Source: Candidatus Hydrothermarchaeum profundi (GTDB taxonomy: Archaea; Hydrothermarchaeota; Hydrothermarchaeia; Hydrothermarchaeales; Hydrothermarchaeaceae). Taken from it: a stretch of DNA of 64,000 nucleotides. A program made the translations under genes and the position numbers. Positions within the stretch are counted from its first letter, which is position 1; the number at the start of each line of letters is the position of its first letter. Under the pieces are notes generated by a model. It was not told where the DNA came from, made no database searches, and saw only the letters and a program-made list of their open reading frames with translations. The stretch covers positions 1,576,989 to 1,640,988 of the forward strand of contig MTMF02000009.1 of NCBI GenBank assembly GCA_002011125.2. The letters are read 5' to 3'. Below, one piece after another: positions 59,428-64,000 of the stretch.

Positions 59428-60204
59428 TTGAATACGAAATTGTTGATGCTGATGGGAACAATCGTGTTGGGTATATATGTGCTCCCGAGCGTAACAGCAA
59501 AATTTGCAGGGTCCCACACTATGGAGGCTAATACTACGGGAGGCGTTACTGAAGTGCAGTGCGGTAATTGTCATCAGTACATTCAAGACGAGTTGAACTT
59601 ATCGGATGGTAGTCTATCAGATGACGTAGTTACTGCCCATATAACTGCTCTTCAAGATACTAATTATGCCAATGCCAGTAACCAAAGTGCCCCGCTAAAG
59701 ATGGATGCTATTACAGATGCTGATATTACTACTGTGTGTCATCTCTGCCACAAAGTTCAATCAGGAGTTAGTGGAGGACACACCCAAGTAACCATTAGAG
59801 CCTGTACAGATTCAGCGTGCCATGGCTATAACTCAAGCGCAAGCCCATTATATTCGAGTAAACTGAATATAACTGAGAAGCTAGGTTCACCCTATGATGC
59901 CCACAATGTTTGGTATAATGCTATGACAAGCGCATCACCGTATAAAGCAGATGATGTAGATGGATGGGCTGGAGACTTAGTAAACCAAACTGCTGTGAGC
60001 GGTGGGAACTATACGATAGCATTTTATACCTGCTTAGGATGCCATACTCACGTGGGAATCGAATTCTCGCCAATAAACAGGTGGAACGCCTATAGTATCA
60101 ATGTATCTTTCAATAATCAGGGAGCTGCTACTGTAGAGTTTATAAATATGACTAGCACAAATACGACTTACGCCTCTAAGTCCCACGGCTCCGTCTGGAG
60201 ATAA
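59428..60204 (+). CDS. Secreted tetraheme cytochrome c (candidate major filament subunit)
   Basis: Signal ending LPSVTA-KFAGSH; CGNCH, CHLCH, CTDSACH, CLGCH; 11 NxS/T sequons. Confidence 0.87.
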   Translation: MNTKLLMLMGTIVLGIYVLPSVTAKFAGSHTMEANTTGGVTEVQCGNCHQYIQDELNLSDGSLSDDVVTAHITALQDTNYANASNQSAPLKMDAITDADITTVCHLCHKVQSGVSGGHTQVTIRACTDSACHGYNSSASPLYSSKLNITEKLGSPYDAHNVWYNAMTSASPYKADDVDGWAGDLVNQTAVSGGNYTIAFYTCLGCHTHVGIEFSPINRWNAYSINVSFNNQGAATVEFINMTSTNTTYASKSHGSVWR

Positions 60205-60227
60205 GATTCCTAATAACTCAACAATCT

Positions 60228-60270
60228 CCCGGGTGAATATGAACACCCGGGTAAAACTTTTTTATTTTTT
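60228..60270 (+). terminator. Hairpin plus T-tract terminator candidate
   Basis: cccgggtg-N8-cacccggg followed by T-runs. Confidence 0.65.
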
Positions 60271-60304
60271 AAAAGCTAGGTTAATCTATAATTACTGAAA
60301 CAAT

Positions 60305-61015
60305 ATGCGGCTGACTAATATGTATAGGGAGTATACAAAGTACTTAGCGTTTGTAATCGCTATTACAGCGGCCTTCGAGTTGGTATACGCATATAATCCC
60401 TACGAAAACCCTAAGACTCACCTAGGAGCAATTTGTATTGACTGCCATAAGCGGTTTAAAGATGTTATCGATAATCCAACTGTATCTTCTTTCAGACCAT
60501 GTTATAAAGATGACTGTCATTTATCTGCAGATAAATGGGGAGGCAAGTCGAAGAGGGAAAGCCTACATCTCTCACGAGAAATCTGCAAAAATTGCCATAC
60601 TGAGATTCACACCACCCATAGAGATCGAGTAAATTGCAGAGTATGCCACATGAGTCCTAGGGGATGGAACTCCTCAAAAGTAAGGATACCTGTATCCAAG
60701 GAACAGAGGGTTTTTGAGGAGATGACCATTACTATACCTGGTAGCGCAGAATGTTCCTATTGCCACTTTAAAATTCCTAGTGCAAAAAACATACACGAGG
60801 TACATTCTCCAGAACTAAAGAATAACCAAACATGCTTAAAATGCCATGGGAAAGTAATCGAGAAGCGGCCTGACCTTATAGCTAAGATGAGTGGTGAAAA
60901 GATTGAAGAAAAGAAAAGAGGTTTAATGAACTCTCGGCCAATAGTTGAATTTATTAGGTTTTATAACCTAATAACGATGCAGCTGATAGAGCTATTTACA
61001 TCAAAGGTGAGATAA
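60305..61015 (+). CDS. Hexaheme cytochrome c, paralog of the repeated domain of 54889-56394
   Basis: 5 CxxCH plus CYKDDCH; shares C..CHKRF..DNPTV and CH.SPRGWNSS. Confidence 0.87.
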   Translation: MRLTNMYREYTKYLAFVIAITAAFELVYAYNPYENPKTHLGAICIDCHKRFKDVIDNPTVSSFRPCYKDDCHLSADKWGGKSKRESLHLSREICKNCHTEIHTTHRDRVNCRVCHMSPRGWNSSKVRIPVSKEQRVFEEMTITIPGSAECSYCHFKIPSAKNIHEVHSPELKNNQTCLKCHGKVIEKRPDLIAKMSGEKIEEKKRGLMNSRPIVEFIRFYNLITMQLIELFTSKVR

Positions 61016-61852
61016 GTGGTTTTTCAACATCAATATCAATATCAGTATCAATATCAAACACAACTAGGATTTCAATATCAGTCTTTTGACCAGCTTATCC
61101 ACGAGCTTCCATTAACGGTTATTGTCCTTTCAATTTTTATAGCTTTGAGCCCTTTTTTTATATATTTACTTCATAGAAGAGGCGTTATTCCATCCGTCAT
61201 GAAACCTATTTTTAAGGCAGGATTACTTGTAAAAACAAAGTTAAGAGATAGAAGCATAAAATCTAGGATAACCGATGAATATACTAGTCTCAGAGATAAG
61301 AGAATAGAGTTCGGTTCGGTCGTATCCTTGGGTTTTTACTTGGCAAACGTCGTATTATTTTTATTGGTAGCTACAAAGATGATATTTTTTGGATTAGTGG
61401 TTTCTCAATCTATGCTTCCTACTCTAGCGCCTGCCGACTTAGTACTTTGTGAAGCTATCTCGATAAATAGTATAGAAAAAGGCGATATAGTTGTATTCTC
61501 GCCTCCAAACGGTGGCCCTATGACAATTCACAGGGTAGTAAGAGTGGGCCCGGATGGAATTAGAACCCGCGGGGATAACGTGGGGACAATGGACCCATGG
61601 ACGCTGAAGAAAGAGGATATCGTAGGTAAAGCGGTCATGGTTAATGGTAAACCCGTTATTCTAAAGAACTTTGGAACATATTTTATGCCTCGAAGAACTT
61701 ATATTCCAGGATCTGATCCCGCGTATGATTTTGTTAGAGGCATGATAAACGCCGTACATAGGTTTGGTCCGATATTTATTATATCTCTTGCTCTCTTAGC
61801 CCTAGTGTTCAGTTTTGGGGGAAAAAAGAAAAGGTATCTAACATATTCTTAA
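61016..61852 (+). CDS. Signal peptidase I (S26, Ser-His archaeal/SipW type)
   Basis: VVSQSMLPTL, GDIVVF, IHRVV, TRGDN...DP. Confidence 0.85.
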   Translation: MVFQHQYQYQYQYQTQLGFQYQSFDQLIHELPLTVIVLSIFIALSPFFIYLLHRRGVIPSVMKPIFKAGLLVKTKLRDRSIKSRITDEYTSLRDKRIEFGSVVSLGFYLANVVLFLLVATKMIFFGLVVSQSMLPTLAPADLVLCEAISINSIEKGDIVVFSPPNGGPMTIHRVVRVGPDGIRTRGDNVGTMDPWTLKKEDIVGKAVMVNGKPVILKNFGTYFMPRRTYIPGSDPAYDFVRGMINAVHRFGPIFIISLALLALVFSFGGKKKRYLTYS

Positions 61853-61882
61853 AAAATAATAGAAAATTAAAAGGCACTAAAT

Positions 61883-62851
61883 ATGAAGCCACAAGAACCG
61901 CCAAAAATTGGGGAGCTGCCTCCAGAGGAACATGCTATTGGAATTTACGCTGGATTAGCTCTGGGAGGGCTTATTCTTGGAACTGGAGCCTCAGTATTAT
62001 TTAGAGACATACTCATGACGTTTACTACAGAGGGTTTGACTTTTAATCTTATCATGATATTCAGGATCTTCCTATTCTTTTTTTCAGCTTACGCGTCTCT
62101 AGCATGCTTTTTCGGGCTATTCAGAATGATAGGGTTACAACGTATGTTAGTGCGGGAAGTTGATAAGGAATTTAAAGACTTTGTGATGTATGCTAGACCT
62201 CTGATAGAAGAGATAATTAAGCAGAGAATCGTGGGTGAAACAATCGCGGAAAAACTTGATAATCTCATACGTTCAACGACAACGGTAGAGGATAAAAGAC
62301 GGTTTGAATATGGCAGACCACTAGACATTAGAGTACCTAAGTGGGGAGAGTTTCTATTGTTCGTCGCACTTTTGGCTAACATAAGTATTGGGCTTTTTAT
62401 TTTTTTAGAGAGGCATCCTTGGGAGCTCGTACCTTATAGTATCATCCTGTTGGCGATTGGCTGGTGGGTAGTGATAGCAAAATACTTCGGTCTTTTATAT
62501 GAGATACGTTCTCAGTATTTTCCAGCATTTTTTATACTTCTCATGCCAACATTATCTATACTCCTTAGAGCTTATCTAGAACTTTATCAGACCCTTTACT
62601 TAGTTTTTATATTTTTATTCCTCTATGTCATTTCAATGTACTTTTACTTCAAATACCTCGCAACTGGAGAGATTCCGCTATTTATAATAAAGAGCTTCTC
62701 GAGAGTAGGCATAGATTTAGAGAAGAGCAAGGAACTACCCTTTCACTTAAAAAAGTATATGCCCCCAGAGAAACCTGAAAAGAAAGAAAAGTTTATTACC
62801 ATAAAAATGAGTGAGAAACTAAAAACGATTTTAAAGAAGTTTAAAAGATAA
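61883..62851 (+). CDS. Polytopic membrane protein of unknown function
   Basis: About 6 TM segments with a soluble helical insert. Confidence 0.7.
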   Translation: MKPQEPPKIGELPPEEHAIGIYAGLALGGLILGTGASVLFRDILMTFTTEGLTFNLIMIFRIFLFFFSAYASLACFFGLFRMIGLQRMLVREVDKEFKDFVMYARPLIEEIIKQRIVGETIAEKLDNLIRSTTTVEDKRRFEYGRPLDIRVPKWGEFLLFVALLANISIGLFIFLERHPWELVPYSIILLAIGWWVVIAKYFGLLYEIRSQYFPAFFILLMPTLSILLRAYLELYQTLYLVFIFLFLYVISMYFYFKYLATGEIPLFIIKSFSRVGIDLEKSKELPFHLKKYMPPEKPEKKEKFITIKMSEKLKTILKKFKR

Positions 62852-62856
62852 AAAAA

Positions 62857-63789
62857 ATGACCGCTAAAATATTTTTAAAACTCTTAAATCAATATACTGA
62901 AGCTATTAGAAACTACTGTGAAGCATTAGGTTGGGACTACGAGAAATTTAAGACTAGTATTAGTGATGAAGGAATCAGTCACCCCGAGTTATATTTGGAG
63001 GATCCAAATGAGGGGATACTTGACAGGATAAGCCAGTTCTTGGAGCCCAGCAATCAGAGCTCAGTTTTAATTATCTGGGATGATGTGGGGATGGGTAAGA
63101 GTTCGATTAGAGATTTTGTTTCGAAATCCTTAGATGAAGTAGGGAGCTATCATACGGTCGTTATAACTGACCCCAGACTTACTCCATTACAACTTCTTCG
63201 TGCAATCGCGGACCAGCTAGATGCTAAGGCGGATGTTTGGAACGATCGGGGGAAAGTTAAAGAAGCCCTTTGGAAGAGGATGTTGGAAGTTACTGGGCTT
63301 GGGATAAACATAGTTATATGGGTTGATGAAGCAGAAAAGGTGGATAAAAATATAATATCCGAACTAAGAGCTTTAAGCGATATTAAAAGAGAAGACGGCT
63401 CTAAGCTTTGTAAGATTATTCTCTCAGGGACCCCTCGGTTAAAAGAGAAACTAGAGGATTACATCGAGAGCCGCTCAAGCGACGTACTCGCCTTTGACGA
63501 TAGGGCAAGTTTAAATACTCTTCGGCTTAATAAGTGGAAACCAGGAGATATCTATAACTATTGGAATCTTCTAGCTGAATATTGTGGAGGTATTAATCCC
63601 TTCAGTAAAGAAGCCGCTGAAACCGTATGGGAAATAAGTGATGGTAAACCGAGGACAATTGCTCAGATTACTAAGCTTGTTATAAACCAAAAGGCAATGG
63701 ATTATTATAAGAGAGGTGGAGCACCAGAGATAACTCCTGAGTTTATATTGGATACCATCAGAAAACACTTAGGTGAGGGAAGTGCGTAA
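62857..63789 (+). CDS. ExeA/GspA/MshM-like AAA+ ATPase
   Basis: DDVGMGKS, IWVDEAE, IILSGTPRL, S.G.PR.I. Confidence 0.75.
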   Translation: MTAKIFLKLLNQYTEAIRNYCEALGWDYEKFKTSISDEGISHPELYLEDPNEGILDRISQFLEPSNQSSVLIIWDDVGMGKSSIRDFVSKSLDEVGSYHTVVITDPRLTPLQLLRAIADQLDAKADVWNDRGKVKEALWKRMLEVTGLGINIVIWVDEAEKVDKNIISELRALSDIKREDGSKLCKIILSGTPRLKEKLEDYIESRSSDVLAFDDRASLNTLRLNKWKPGDIYNYWNLLAEYCGGINPFSKEAAETVWEISDGKPRTIAQITKLVINQKAMDYYKRGGAPEITPEFILDTIRKHLGEGSA

Positions 63790-64000
63790 AAAGTTGGATC
63801 TGCGAGAGAAACTTAGGAAGTTGTCAGAGGAGAAGAGGAGAGAGACAGCATTATTAAGGGCTAAAAAGATCGTAGAAATCCCTCAAAAACCTAAACTACT
63901 TTCAATATCTGAGCTGAGTTTTCCTCAAGGGTCACCTCTTAAGCGCTCCGATATAATTACCTCGAAGACAAGATTAGAGGAGACGCTAGTGCATGAGTCG
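63782..64000 (+). CDS. Hypothetical protein (partial, runs off the window)
   Basis: GTG at 63782 overlapping the ATPase end; frame open to 64000. Confidence 0.55.
   Translation, partial: MRKKLDLREKLRKLSEEKRRETALLRAKKIVEIPQKPKLLSISELSFPQGSPLKRSDIITSKTRLEETLVHES

Noticed and set aside
59234-59586. Minus-strand ORFs of 88 and 66 aa
   Set aside because: Overlap the promoter and start of the tetraheme gene; no recognisable features
1-64000. CRISPR array, rRNA or intact IS element
   Set aside because: No regularly spaced repeats, rRNA-like segment or transposase ORF seen by eye

Overview
Archaeal, AT-rich window (proteasome beta subunit, aCPSF1, L13e, BRE/TATA promoters, tRNA-Arg(CCT)). The gene mix suggests an anaerobic euryarchaeote-like lineage; Hydrothermarchaeota is a guess, not shown. 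From left to right: (1) an HdrDE-like membrane oxidoreductase. (2) A ~20 kb corrinoid methyl-transfer island with four MtaA/CmuA-family methyltransferases, two corrinoid proteins, a RACE/ASKHA activator, two MtrH-like proteins, NitT/TauT ABC and MFS transporters, a QueG-like protein, a double cupredoxin and LysR/Lrp regulators. (3) pycB/pycA. (4) A tetraheme cytochrome-NrfC-NrfD module. (5) Housekeeping genes. (6) A decayed integrase beside the tRNA. (7) A multiheme cytochrome locus with two sequon-rich secreted tetraheme paralogs, a hexaheme protein, a ~15-16-heme fusion of both domain types, a SipW-like signal peptidase and an ExeA-like ATPase; this is a candidate cytochrome-nanowire assembly system. 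Two exact intragenic DNA repeats show a strand-specific A/C third-codon-position bias, extreme in the longer one. All functional calls come from motifs recognised by eye; no database searches were run.
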